Assembly: GCA_030390025.1 (NCBI GenBank)
Contig: CM059432.1
Span: 139,068,001 to 139,132,000 of the forward strand
Length of the DNA: 64,000 nt
Source: Squalus acanthias
Taxonomy: Eukaryota
Reading direction: 5' to 3'
How positions within the stretch are numbered: the first letter of the stretch is position 1; every line of letters begins with the position of its first letter. This document shows, piece after piece, positions 1-13,735 of this stretch. A program made the translations under genes and the position numbers. The notes under the pieces are model-generated. The model was given only the letters and a program-made list of their open reading frames with translations, was not told the DNA's origin and made no database searches.

Positions 1-3000
1 GCAGGTTGTTATTAAAAGTGTTTCATTGTTCAGCAGGACTATCCGTTACTGTTTCTGCCGAGAGTGCATACGTAATGTTACTGCAGCCTACATAGCTTTA
101 AAAACTAATGTCTAACTAAACTAACATTGCTTATGTTTACGCCCTAGACTGCACAAGCGTATTCTACAAATAAACAAGTAGGGTCAAGGTATGTTATAAT
201 TGGTTTGACAGAAATATAAAGAAAAGTCAGAGTCAGTCAAGATGTGTACAGTGAAAAGCATGAGGAAAGCAAAAGATTGTCTCCACAATTTAACCATTTC
301 ATCAAAGACAGTCACAACATTTTAAGGAAAGAAGTTAAGATTTGTATTAAAAGCATTTCTTCTAAATGGAGGATGAAAACCAAATGTATGAGTCTTACAT
401 TTTCTTTAAAAATAAAAATCTTTAAAAGCTTTTATAATGTATTTTCATCTCCATGCCGTTAAGACTTTGGAAACACAAACTATAATCAGCAGCTACATTT
501 GGTGTGAAAAAAAAATTGTCAAAAGCATGAAGAAAACAGAAAAAAAAATCACAATTACATATTTACATTTAGACTTCGGTTTTGAATTTCGTTTCTGGCT
601 AATTTAAGATAAATATTACTTAAAAAGGCAAAAAAAAAAGTCCAAATCTTTAGCCTAAAACAAAAGAGATGACTGTTTCTTGGGCAGCCCTTGTACTATT
701 GCTGTTGTGCAGGAACATAGATTAAACAGTAAGATAGGGAAGAAAAACAGAATTAAATAGTAAAGGTTCAACAATGTTTCTAACTAAAGCTATTTCTTTT
801 TTTTTTAAAGACGGTGAAAGACCTGGTTACATCAGCTTTAAATACAAGAAATTAACGCAAAGATTGGAACTGAATAATCAGAGTCCCTTTCCAAATGAAA
901 TTTTACAGTAGTACTTTTAACTGAATCATGTTACCATGCGTGCAGGTCTGCTACTATTCATTACAAATTGAAAGAACTAATGCAGTAGTCAATAATGTGA
1001 GTAGTATGTAAAATGACTCTTTGAGGATAAAGTAGGAGCTGTAGACTTTAAAACAAATTGATTTTACGGAATAGCAGCTAGCTCTATAGCCTGTATTTAA
1101 CCTAACAATGTAACCCTGCTGTACTACATGAGAAACATCATGTACATTGATTTTTTTTCTTCCTGATGACCGTTTCTTGTTCCAATTCTGCCTGAACAGA
1201 AAACATTTATAAAGACTACAGTTCAAGCAGATTACTGGATTTCTTTATCTTTTAAAAAGTCGCACAGTTACACACATACCATGCCTAGTATGTGACTGGT
1301 TCAGTTGCAAAGGTACTTAATTCTGGAACATAAATGGGGTAGAGTTTAACTCCTTCCCGACTGCAAGTCAAAGGAAAAAGGCAAGAACAAATCAATGATA
1401 AAGAACGTCAAATCGTAACTCTTAACAGGAATTGTACTGAGTAAAACTGTGTTATTACTGGCAGGGATCAGAAGAGTTTCAGTGAAGACAGAAGCATTGG
1501 CATCACCACTGCTATTATGTACAGGTCTCAACAATACAATGAAATTATTCTAGCTGCACAACTGATCTAATGCACTGTAAGTGATAAAATATTGCTCAAA
1601 TTTATTTAATGGGAGCACCACATACTGTCTTTGCACAGAGTCAGCTTATAGTTACCATGATCCGCATGTAATCATTATCATGCTTTTGCTTTTCCTCTGC
1701 AACAGAAACATAAAACATCCCCATGGTTACTTAATTCCCTTACCTGTAGTTTAACATATAGTTTCAACTCTCTGACTATATTCAATTTACAAAAGACGAG
1801 TGATATCTACTACCTGTGATATCTGGTTGGGTGTTTTTGATTAGGGTAAAGTTTTAAAGTAAAAAAATCAATAAAATACTCGGACATCAATGCCTTCAAG
1901 TGCAAACGTCCGTTTAAATGAACATTTCCAGAATGGACTTAGGATTTTTTTTTAAATAAACAAAAACATATTAAGAGGCAGATTTACTATAAGGTCACTA
2001 GGTATTATACAGAGTCAGTTTAGTTTATCATATTACATTGTGACAGGATGCTAGGCAAAAATTATAAATTCCTTCCCTAAATCTGTCCTTTTGTGATTTA
2101 GATGGATGAAGAATAATTAACTCTTAATTATTCAGATGACTTCGAGGCAGTTTCAGAATTCACTAAAGAGTGCAGTCATTTTTACCCAAGAAAACAGTCT
2201 CCTATCATTTATCAAATCCATGACTTGGTCGGTGATGAATAAAATTCTATGTTTACCCACAACATTTACCACTACCTTGGAGGTTGTAAGACGAGAAGAG
2301 TTCCCTAAAATTCTGCAATATGTAAATTTTTAGGTGCTATTTTGCATTTTAAAGTATTTAACTACATATTTATTGGATTTTAGGGCCAAGCTGATCATTG
2401 ATTTATGTGCTTCTGGCAATCATATTTTCATATTTGTATGCTTTTCACGACAGTAATAATTCAAATATGCAAAAAGTTGTTCTTTGAACGGGTATCTTTA
2501 ATTATGTCCTCAAAGCATCATCGTTTCATGCTGGGTATTTTGACAAAAAAAAAATTGGTTGAATATCGGGAATAGCACCAGAGTCTAAGATGTAGGGAAA
2601 AGTGCATTTGGCCTTTGCTGCCTGGCATTAAACGCAAGGAAAAGGCTTTCCATGCGCTCCAGTCTTCAGCCCTAAAACATGCTGCAAAGCCCGGCAACCT
2701 TGCGTGTAAATACATTATTAATTCTGACACACTTTCACGACAAATTCAATCACAGTTCATAAAATTTGTGTTCAAAATGCAAAGCCTGCCCCATTTGCTT
2801 TGCTGCTAACTCGCAAAGTTTGGCTGCCATTTCTTCTTATTGGAGTTGTCATAAATTATGTGCACTCTTATGAAACCTATCAAGAATTGTAATCATTAAA
2901 GATCCACCACTGTTTTTTTTTTTGGCCGACTTAGTCTGCAAACAACCGTCAAACGTGTCTCCTGTCACCCCTGTCTGAAATGCTTTAGCTAATATAGAAG

Positions 3001-5504
3001 CTGTGGCTTCACAAAAAAATATCTTGGATCATTTAAACGAGCCTCTCCTGCGCACAATGCGGGGCGCGTTGCTACCAGGGCACACATTTAAAATCAACAA
3101 AAACAAAGTTGCAAAATTTTAAGATGTTATTCATTTTGAAAGGGTGGCAGATGCCACCTTAAAGCACTGTTGTCCACATCGCGTAAAATAGCACTAATTT
3201 TATGCCATTTTACTTGTTTCTTCATAAATAGGCCATGCGGCAAATCGTTTCCATTTGCAATGATCGGTGAAAATATTTGGGGGGGGGGGGGGGGCGATCA
3301 TTTGTTAACTCAAATCGAAAAGAAATAATATTTTGGTGTTTTGTTCGTAAACCTCCGTCAAAAAAAAAAATGCTTTATTCATGCGACTATGCGACCCAAA
3401 CAAATGTAAACTGAAAGCAGTTACTGTGCGTGGTGGTTTCAGCTATTTTTGTAAGACCTCCCCAGGCAAAAAAAAAGCATAAAAGACTAAACCACCAGCA
3501 CTCGCTATTCCAGCCTCCAATATACTTGCCAAGCGTTTGCTCGATCCTACGACTAGACACTGAAGCAATTCGCCTAAAACACTTCAAACTCCTGCAATAA
3601 AACTCACGGCGCTTAGCCAAAAAAATATTTTGTTTCTTGGTCAGTGGAAGCAATCACATCACTGAACAAAAGTGTGGACAAGTGCAATAAAATAATACCG
3701 TTTAAAATATACATCTTGCTGGTTTAAAAAAAAAATACTTTACAACAAATATCAAAAATTAATGGCACTTGTAACAAATTCCGAGAATTTATTTCGACGC
3801 CGAGGACAATTCCAATTCTGAATTGCTAAAAGGATTCAAAGGTGGCATTATAGTACTTTGTAAATAGAGACAAGCACCGTCGAAGTAATCTGCTCTTAGT
3901 CCTCAAGACCTTCCATTCAGTAGTAATTGTTACCTGTTCTAATTTGGTTGCTCAGTCCTATTGCTGTTGCTACAGAGACTCATTATTGTGTATTCCATGT
4001 TCTCTGCCTAATTGTCCTCCTGGCACTAGCCACGTCAAGACGGAGATACTCCGTGAGAGACCAGGTACCGATTGGGATTGCCCAGACAGCCCCCAAAGGT
4101 TTCTGGAGGCAGAAAGCAGCACTTGTGTGCCCTAGTTAAAAGGACTGCCAGAAGGGACAAACCTATTAACGTTTAAGCTTTAAAAAAATCATGTAGATTA
4201 ATCCAATAGTCCACATCTGCTAAATACAAAATATAGAGGCAATAACCCAGAAATAGTGCACATTGAAACACATCGAACGTAACTATGAAAATCCCCAAAA
4301 ATATGGGGGAAGAAAACTGTTCAGAAAAATCCAGGTTATAGTTTTCAGGCTTACAACGAATCAAACGGATTGGTCTATGCAGAAAATATTGCGATTGATT
4401 TTTATTATTTTCTTCTTTTTCATAGTGTAACTTGTTTAAAAAAAAAGGATTTGCAAAGCAAGTCTGAATCGAAAGAACACTTTGGATGAAAATTACCACT
4501 GCTGTTATTTACTAAAGTTTCTGTAAAGTCCATGAACAATTTGGAATTGTACCGGAATCGAACATTTATTTTAGAATTTTTTTTTTTTTTTTAAACGGAG
4601 CCACGTAAAATAAAGCTGTGCCAAATTTTAACAGCAGAAAAAAAAACAAATCAGCAAGTAAAGACGGAGTAAAAGGATACTCTAAAACACATAGGAAGGA
4701 GAGCATTGATCAGTCTCGAGCTGAAATGTAATACATAATAGCTGAGGTATTGGGAGCTAAAGGAAGATTGTTGATGCTATAACCCAGGTTTTATCTGAAG
4801 CAGAGTCAGTGATTCACATCTATTGCTTTCAATCTTATTTTGCCCTGTAGGAAAAACACTGCATTGGTTTTGATTTTATACATTTCAATATACAATCGAT
4901 GATCGGTCGGTGTATCATTTGAAGACTGTAGGATACCTGAAGAGCTGCTCCACGCGCAGTGAGGTTTCTTGTTGCATAGTTTTAAACATTTGTGAAATCT
5001 TAGGTATCGACTCTCACGTAGCTGGACTTAATCTGACAGACTCCTTCACGTGTGATCACTCCTTCCTCTAGTTAACTAAAGGACACGCTGCACTGCAAAA
5101 AATACACTTAATTCAGCCAAAAATACCAAGTACTACTTTCACCAAGAAAACGAAGAACTTGCACTTTAACTCTGGGAAGAGGCACTTTCAAAATAGATCC
5201 TTTTTCAGCAGTGCAGCCTTTCCGAAACTGAACTTTGGCGAATTCTTAAATACTAAATTGATAAAAGTTGAAATAGAAGTAATGGAAACCTGCAATAACA
5301 CTAAAATTGGAGATTGTTAATCATTTGAAAGCAGATGAAACCTTCATAAGGCATTTATTGACCTCATTTGAAATTTCACGTTGCTTTTATTCGATTGTGA
5401 CATTTTCTTTATTTTTGCCAAACCTTTGTTTTTGCAAATAAACAAAAAAATCTAAATAATATCGCTGTTTCAGGCTGCTTTAGAGAAGTTTTCCCCCAAT
5501 TACT

Positions 5505-5790
5505 CATCTAGGCTAGCCAAATAGGCGAACCATACAGAGCAGGAAGATTTTAGGTTCGAAGCTCTAGGCTACGCGGAGTCAGTTGATCCCAGCCTGGGTG
5601 GTAGTTAAAGCTGTATAATTGCTTTCAGTACCTTTAGGTTAGGGAGCAAAGTGGGGGGGGGGGGGGGGGAACAATCAACCAAAGTTTCTGTTCTTGATCA
5701 CTATCCAGGGATCCTTGCAATCTGTGGACGCCCGTGGAAATCAGATGAGGACAGGATTAGGCCGAGTTATAATGGGCCTCCCAGATGAAA
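5505..5790 (+). mobile_element. Degenerate tRNA-derived SINE (second, non-Deu family)
   Basis: B-box-like ggttcgaagc followed by a body (gttgatcccagc...aattgctttcag...gatcactatccag...gaggacaggattagg) that recurs degenerately at ~6140-6240 (-), ~19690-19830 (-) and ~27530-27800 (+). Confidence 0.5.
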
Positions 5791-5811
5791 GTGTCACTCT
5801 CAGAGATCGCA

Positions 5812-6003
5812 TGTAACACGGAAGTGGTGGAAGCGCAGACACTCAATGTTTTCAAGGGGAGACTGGATAGGCACTTGAGGGAAATAAACTTGCAGGGCTA
5901 CGGGGATAGAGCGGGGGAACGGGACTGACTGGATTGCTGTACAGAGAGCCGGGTGCGGACTCGATGGGCCGAATGGCCTCCTTCTGTGCCGTTATGACTC
6001 TCT
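5812..6003 (+). mobile_element. CR1 LINE 3' end fragment
   Basis: Encodes ...EVVEAQTLNVFKGRLDRHLREINLQGYG followed by the gggccgaatggcctcc 3' UTR motif; near-identical to the 3' end of the 13165-13735 copy. Confidence 0.85.
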
Positions 6004-6710
6004 ACGTGTCAAGAGAAAATTGGCGACTGGAGCGCTTCCTACTGCTTTTACGCGTGTCCACGCTTGCAGCGGCGATCACTGGACAGCGTTCAGCAGCTGG
6101 CGCTCTCTCCCCCCTCGCCAATATTTCCCCCACTTGATCCAGCCAATTGTGTTGCCCTAATCGTCACCTCAGCCGAGACCAGCTAACTCATCACAGTGAG
6201 CGGATCAAACCCGGACCTTCTTAGTCTGTACGCGTCAAGTTATTCACTGGCTGAAGTCACTGAATATCAAGGAACCCTCTTCCCTTTTATATTCCCAACT
6301 TGGCTCTGATATTTCTCATAAGGCCCAGCACATAACACAAGACCCTTGCGCATCAATGCTAAACTGTTGCCAAGAAAGGTAAGATAGTCCAAGTCCATAA
6401 ATATAGTACTGATGCTTATGGTCAGTCTCCTTACCTCTTCCCAAAGAGAACCTACAAAACCCTTGACAAAATGTCTGTCTCCAAGAAAAGCCCAATTGTT
6501 AATATTAGTCAAAAATTAGATTCTAATTAAGGTCTTCAACTCAGGAACCCAAATGATGATGTGGCATTTTTTAAGCTACAACAATATCTTGGAGTTTTTT
6601 TGCTAGTAATACTATGAAGTAACAAAACATACAGTATGTCAATAAGAAGGGATAGTGCAGAAAAGTTCCTCCAAAGTCCTCCATGATAACCACCACACCA
6701 TGACTGATAG

Positions 6711-6904
6711 ACAGGAAGTACACGTTAAGTGGGGTCAGGAAGTGGGGACAGGAAGTACACGTTAAGTGGGGACAGGAAGTACGCGTTAAGTGGGGTCAGG
6801 AAGTGGGAGACAGGAAGTACGCGTTAAGTGGGGTCAGGAAGTGGGGGACAGGAAGTACGCGTTAAGTGGGGACCGGAAGTGCATTTTAAGTGGGGACAGG
6901 AAGT
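6711..6904. repeat. Minisatellite of 24-bp (acaggaagtacgcgttaagtgggg) and 13-bp (tcaggaagtgggg) subunits
   Basis: Directly visible tandem array; ten GGAAGT cores and six TTAAGTGG motifs. Confidence 0.95.
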
Positions 6905-7274
6905 AGACTTTATGAAATGGCCAAGCTGAAACTACGGAATCTCTCCCAACTTGGGCAAAACAAGTCCGTACGTCAGCTAAACCTTCTCCACTTTATGCTT
7001 AAAGGTCAAGTGCTCAGCAACCTGCACTCCTAGGTTACTGTGTGGGCCCTGCAGCTACAAATGTGACTGAGCACTTTAATGGACTCCCCTTATGAATTGC
7101 AATCATCAGCTACGAGCACCCCCAAGAAATCACACTGCAGAATGAAAAGTGTCGCATATTTTAAGATTGGCTTTCCTCCTCGATGAGGGCAGTTAGAAGA
7201 TTATTTGCAAAAGAAACAAACAGACTAGTACATGCAGCAGTACCTTCATTACAAGCTGAAGAATGAGTACTTCA

Positions 7275-7420
7275 ACAACAACAACTTGCATTTATATAGC
7301 GCCTTTGACGTAGTAAAACATCCCAAGGCGCTTCACAGGTGCGTTATAAAACAAAATGTGACTCCGAGCCACATAAGGAGATATTAGGACAGGTGATCAA
7401 AAGCTTGTTCAAAGAGGGAG
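7275..7420 (-). mobile_element. L2 LINE 3' end fragment
   Basis: (caa)n tail plus cttgcatttatatagcgcctt...gagccacataaggagatattaggacaggtg, shared with the longer L2 copies in the window. Confidence 0.8.
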
Positions 7421-9491
7421 ATTTCACTCACTCATTCAGTTACTGTGACACAAATCTGTCCACACCAGCAAACCCTGGTTCCTCCTTTAACGGTGTACCC
7501 CCCCCCCCACCACTCACGTTTTGAGCTTTTAGACTAAATGTCCACAAATCTCACCAGCAAGCCCCATAACAAAATGACTGGGGGGAAAAAAAAAATCAAG
7601 TAAAATTCAAACACAATGTCAAGAGGTATGTGAATGGCGATGTTAAGCATTCTCCTGAAAAGATATACAGTGGTGAGAATATGTTGTTGTTGTTGACTTT
7701 ACAATTAACCATTTGCAATACATTATGGAACAAATGTACTGTAGATGAATACACAAAAAACAATATTAATGTTTGTGCTGCATCGGACAGAACAATCCTT
7801 CGCTGGTCAATGGAGTAACAATAATTCACATGTGAATAACAAAACTGAGAATAACACAAATGTGAATTATCACTGGAGGATAAATGCTTCATGTTCTCAT
7901 CTTCGTTTTATTATTTTTTTCAGCTGCAATTATTTTGAAAATTGTGACTTAAGATCTTACCGTAGTGAAGCGAAGAAAACAATTAAATTATTTAATTAGG
8001 TACAACCACATAAAAGCAATTATTATGGTGGAGGCAATACAGCTCCTGGAAAGGACTGATAGCATATAAAAATAAGGCAGCACAAGATACCTAAACATTT
8101 CATGATAAGTGATGTGACGATCTTGAAATACTATTTCAGGTTATCTTGCAATTTCTGCAATCACTTTTCACTCTCCTGCCACCTTTATTTGTCGTTCTGT
8201 TGTAATCTTCACATTTAATTTCCTTTCATTTTCTTTTTCTTCATCATTTAGCTGTAATGTTCCTATTTTATCCCCGTGACGATTTACTTTAATGTTTTTA
8301 CTCCCTGCCAATTTCCAATTCCTCGCCCCCCCATAATGTTCCTTTTTTTGTTGCTCTTTCTAATAAAAAAAACATTTTGTCCCCTTTTTTAAAATCACTC
8401 CCCCTTCCCCCTCGATACTGGATCAAGGGGACACTAGCCAGAGAAAGGGCAGAAAGAAGCAAGCTGAGAGGAGGAGAAAGGAAATATTTTTTTAACAAAT
8501 CCATGTTCTGCTGCCCCCTGGTGTGCACACTTGAGATGTGCAATAGAAAGATGATCTTTCATCTTGAAAGCTTTTCAGTCAATGGAAGCTGTCTAGAATG
8601 AATTTGCAAACTGCTTTATGTGGCAAAGAATGCTCTTTTGTAATACAATATTAATCTAATAAAGATCACATTAGTTAATACATTAAGTTGCTGTATAATA
8701 TGCATTGGAAAAAATGCTACTTTATCCTCATCTGCTTTTTTTTATATACACAATAAGGGGACAATTAACAAATTGTATCAGGTCGCAAAACATCAGTGTG
8801 ACACATGATTAGATCAGGTTCTTATTGTAGGTTATTAAAGTTATGTTCTGTGAAAAGTTTGGTCTACATTCAGACAGCAGAAAATGAGCACTACTGCACA
8901 CCTCAGTCAATACAGCAATGTTTTTTTTAAATTCCTTTCACCTTGGCAAGCGAGACCATCCACTTATGACACCTGCAATCACGAATGACAGATTTCCTGC
9001 TCTTTGTGCGCGTTAAGGCCAGAAATCCATTATAGAAAGCTAAACGGAAGTGATATAAACCGAATACCTCACTGGAGACAAGAGATTTCCCAGTGTTTTC
9101 TCAGCCGTACAAGCTGCGAACACCAATTATAGGCTTCTGATTCTTTCCTGGTGTTCCTTCACCTGAAAGGCTATTGTAATTGTGGCACTTGTGAGTTATT
9201 GACCCTTTCACGCTCGTAACAGGGGCACCAGTAACTCTCTGTAGTCACCTGTGAAGCAACCCTTCACTTATACTGGCTGGAATGACGGGAAAAAATAGAA
9301 AAAGGAAAAAAAAAAGTTATTTCACAGTCCAGCTTTGATAAGTTGTTGTTTTCAAAAGGAGGTTCCACTTCCAGTCCGCAGCATGGCATTTAAACTGATG
9401 GGGGGAGACTACTTATTACAAATATCATCAGCAAAGGTAGAAATGTTTATTTACAACAACATTTGTTTGGAGAAAAGTTTACATTTAAAAA

Positions 9492-9940
9492 AAGAACTTG
9501 CATTTATATAGCGTCTTTCAAGACCTCAGGATGTCCCAAAGCGCTTTACAAATGAAGTATTTTTGAAGTCTAATGTAGAAAACACGGCAGCCAATTTGCG
9601 CACAGCAAGGTCCCATAAGCAGCAATGTGATAATGACCAGATTATCTGTTTTAGTGGTGTTTATTGAGGGATAAATATTGGTCAGGAGACCAGGGATAAC
9701 TCCCCTGCGCTTCTTCAAAATAGTGGCCATGGGACCTTTTAAGTCCACCTGAGAGAGCAGACTTTGGTTTATCGTCTCATCCGAAAGACGGCACCTCTGA
9801 CAGTGCAGCACTCCCTCAGTACTGCGCTGGAGTGTCAGCCTGGATTTTTTGTGCTCAAGTCTCTGGAGTGGGACTCGAACCCACAACCTTCTGACTCAGA
9901 GGCGAGAGAGAGAGTGACCCACTGAGTCACAGCTGACACC
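9492..9940 (-). mobile_element. Full-length tRNA-derived Deu-domain SINE (SacSINE1-like)
   Basis: tRNA-like head with B box ggttcgagtcc, central gccgtctttcggatgagacg...gtggacttaaaaggtcccatggc Deu-like domain, and an L2-like tail. Confidence 0.85.
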
Positions 9941-10354
9941 TGAAAATCCACTTTAACTTAATAACAAGAATTTTTAATGAGTGTTCCTCTTTTAATATAA
10001 AAAAAAGATACTTTTAGTCAATAAAGAATTCCACAGTGTTAAATTGAAAACTCCTCAATAAATGTCTGGTATATTATTTAATTGCTACTTCTGTTTCTGC
10101 TGCTGACTGCTTTACCTGCCAAAACACAGCAACTCCAAGAACTTGCTCAGAGTTCTTCATTTCTTTCCTTTTAACTGTGTCACTTTTGCAGAGACAAGTC
10201 TCTGATTTTATTTTCGACGCTACCCAGTTATTGATTTTTTAAATTTTTATTTGCTCAGATCAGTTGCTGTACTCCTGCTTCTCATATCTTGCAACAGGAA
10301 GGCGACTGCACACCCCTCTCCTCCGCTGAAGCTGTACTTTGACTTTGCATTTAG

Positions 10355-10640
10355 AAGGAATTTGCGTTTATAGCGCACCTTTCACAACCTCAGGACGTCT
10401 CAAAGTGTTTTACAGCCAATGGGGTACTTTTGAAGTGTAGCTTGAAACGCGGCAGCCAATTTGCGCACAGCAAGCTCCCACAAACAGCAATGTGATAATG
10501 ACCAGATTTAATGATGTTGATTGAAGGATAAATATTGGGCCCGGGACGAACTCCCTTGCTCTTCTTCAACAAAGTGGCCATGGGATCTTTTACGTCCACC
10601 TGAGAGGGCAGACGGGGGCCTCGGTTTAACGCCTCAGTCA
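10355..10640 (-). mobile_element. Deu-domain SINE, 5'-truncated
   Basis: Same body and tail as 9492-9940; head missing. Confidence 0.8.
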
Positions 10641-10787
10641 AATGAGATTGCCAGTTCGTGCCAAATGAGGGGCAGTTTTGTGTTGTAGGCCCATGCCCAT
10701 TCGAGCCTGTCCAAACCCGTTCACATCGGAGCCTTACAGTCAGCAAAGAGAGACGTTGAACCAAAGTCCCTGAAATAAAAGGACAGC

Positions 10788-10950
10788 GTCTAAGGGGAGG
10801 CTAGATAAACACATGAGGGAGATAGGAATAGAAGGATATGCAGATAGGGTTCGATGAAGAGGGGTGGGAGGAGGCTGGTGTGGAGCATAAACACCGGCAT
10901 GGACCAGTTGGGCCGAATGGCCTGATTCTGCGCTGTAAAACTCTATGTAA
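10788..10950 (+). mobile_element. CR1 LINE 3' end fragment
   Basis: aaggggaggctagataaacacatgagg...ggaccagttgggccgaatggcctg...ctatgtaa CR1-type tail. Confidence 0.8.
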
Positions 10951-12284
10951 TCCACTGTACAAACCTGTTCCCCCCCCCCCTACATTTTTATTAAAAATTA
11001 ATTTAAAAAAATTTTTTTTAGGTTGAACTATGAAAAAGGAAACACTGAACAGAATGACACGGGCTGTTATTCGCTCCACTTCATGCAGGCTCAGTCTCCC
11101 TTAACACAGCTCCACTATATTCCCAGATCCTGAGGAGAGGGGGGGCAGTCATAAACAATCTTCCTTATCCTTCCAAGTCTAGTTTTATATGACAATGCGG
11201 CGAGTGTATTGGGAGTGACTAACAAGCACTGGGCTCCTGTACGCTTCATACTGACCCGATTCATTATTTATAATTATCAATTATTAAAAATAAAATACTT
11301 AAAAAAAGATAAAATGAACATAATTATTAGCACAATATTGATAATGTATCCTTTTTTAAAAGTAAAATGAAAAAAAATCCATACGGTATTTCCATTCTGC
11401 TTTATTACGCACCAGGATAGAACAAAAACCATGAACAATTATTTCTCTATCGGTTGTTTGAATTTTTTCAGCACAAGAGAAATGATAAAATGTGATCAGT
11501 AAACTGATCAATTAACTGCAAGGCATCTTCCATCTATAAGACAAGTCATTCAGCCATTAGAAAATATGGTCACGCAGATGAGCAATGACCAGGCGCCACC
11601 TGCTGGCCACTGCCTTACTTGCAGGGAATCGTTTATTCAATCAATTGGCTGCTGGCGGAACCTTTGCTAGAACTACACCTGGATCTGGATGTGAACATAA
11701 ATAATTGACTGTAAAACTTACCAAAATAAAGAAAACACATGGGAACTTTTTTTTTTTTAAGTACATAAAACGCATCCATTAGATAAGAAAAATTGTGAAA
11801 AAAGCAATTGCAAAGCTCTGATTTAATGGTGGTTTAAAAAAAAAGACTGAAAATGCCGGAAATCTGAAACCGAGACAGAAAATGTTGGAAATACACATCA
11901 GCACCTGTAAAAGAGAAAAGACAGATGAATGTTTTCAATTTTAACCAAGGTTTACATCCCCAAAAACATGGCCGTGTCTTTTTACAGGTGCGGGCACACT
12001 CGCTGTGTATTTCCAGCATATTTTTTTAAATTTAATGCGAGCTTGCTTAGGCGACATTGCAAGCGGTGAGAATGATTGGGAACCTTGATCGACATCCAAG
12101 AATAGATTATAGCCTGAAATTGCTCACCTTCCCCCACCCCAGGTATCTGTTATTTGAAATCTATTTGAACAAGTTATCCATGGATAGTAAAAAAAAAAGT
12201 ATGCAGGATGGTAAGGATATTAGGTACTGGCGAACTTTTCTTTTTCTGTGTCTATTAAGGCCGCTGCCTCCCAAGTGGACTTTT

Positions 12285-12610
12285 CTTTAAATTCATTCAT
12301 GGGATGTGGGTGTCGCTGGCAAGGCCAGCATTTATTGCCCATCCCTAATTGCCCCTTGAGAAGGTGGTGGTGAGCCGCCTTCTTGAACCGCTGCAGTCCG
12401 TGTGGTGAAGGTACTCCCACACAGTGCTGTTAGGGAGGGAGTTCCAGGATTTTGACCCAGCGACGATGAAGGAACGGCGATATATTTCCAAGTCAGGATG
12501 GTGTGTGACTTGGAGGGGAACTTGGAGGTGGTGGTGTTCCCATGCACCTGCTGCCCTTGTCCTTCTAGGTGGAAGAGGTCGCGGGTTTGGGAGGTGCTGT
12601 CGAAGAACTT
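12285..12610 (-). mobile_element. 3' fragment of the same LINE family as 38274-41517
   Basis: Near-identical to 38283-38600; encodes GSKSWNSLP and FKKAAHHHLLKG; ends ...cccatgaatgaat. Confidence 0.88.
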
Positions 12611-13164
12611 GGAAGGTGCTGTCGGAGAAAACCGTTCTATCGTTTCCCCACAGTGGAGACACAATGGGGATTCCATGGAACAGCACTGGATTGCTAGAAG
12701 TTGATACTTATCAGGTCCATGCTTTAATAATTTCACATGAAAAATGACAATTGCTAGATTTCAATTTCCACTTAGATGTAGAATTATACGTGTGTCATAT
12801 ATTCAATAATGAAGATTACAGTTCATCAGGAGTTTTAAGTCGATATATCCGATTTTAATTTTATGTGGGGATGGCATTCAGGTTATAGTCAAATTTGCAC
12901 CAGTAATGGCTCTCAGCGAGAATAGAAACTGCCACATGCTCGATGCTTGATGATGTTCGCACAAGAGGATTAACTGTCATAATATGATTATTGCAGGTTT
13001 GTGAAAAAAATAATCTTCAGCGGAAAATCAGGAAACTCAATGCCTGGTACAAAATTATAAAATAGCAAACCGTAGCTTAAAGGCCACGCACAACAAAGAC
13101 AATTTAGAGGGAACATTGGCCGCCAGCCTTAATATAAAACTTATTAAAGTTATCTCATTAATTT

Positions 13165-13735
13165 AACATAGAGTTATAACGGCACAGAAGGAGGCCATTC
13201 GGCCCATCGAGTCCGTGCCGGCTCTCTGTAGAGCAATCCAGTCAGTCCCATTCCCCCGCAAGTTTATTTCCCTCAAGTGCCTATCCAGTCTCCCCTTGAA
13301 AACATTGAGTGTGTCCGCTTCCACCACTTCCGTCGGCAGTGAGTTCCAGGTCCTCACCACTCGCTGCATAAAAAAGCTTTTCCTCACATCCCCCCTGTAT
13401 CTCTTGCCCAAAACCTTCAATCTGTGTCCCCTAGTCCTTGTACAATCAACTAGCGGGAACAGCCTTTCCCCGTCTAGCCTATCTAAACCAGTCATAATCT
13501 TGTACACCGCCATCAAATCACCCCTCAACCTCCTTTGTTCTAATGAAAACAAATCCAGCTTCTCCAACCTGTCCTTGTAGCTAAGATCCCCCATCCCCGG
13601 AACCATTCTGGTAAATCTCCTCTGCACCCTCTCAAGGGCCTTCACATCCTTCCTAAAGTGTGGTGACCAGAACTGGACGCAATACTCCAGTTGTGGCCTA
13701 AACCAGCGCTTTATAAAGGTTCAGCATAACTTCTC
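13165..13735 (-). mobile_element. CR1 LINE 3' portion (ORF2 C-terminus)
   Basis: ORF 13163-13645 KALERVQRRFTRMVPG...LEQRRLRGDL...RTRGH...FFMQRVVRTWNSLP is the CR1 ORF2 C-terminus. Confidence 0.92.

Noticed and set aside
4850..5100. Possible terminal exon on the minus strand (acceptor ttttttgcag near 5093) with an AT-rich 3' UTR
   Set aside because: Stops within a few codons in all frames and no similarity to the expected ZNF407 exon; unsupported without transcripts.
6711..6904. CRISPR-like regular repeats
   Set aside because: Units abut with no unique spacers, there are no cas genes and the context is vertebrate; it is a minisatellite.
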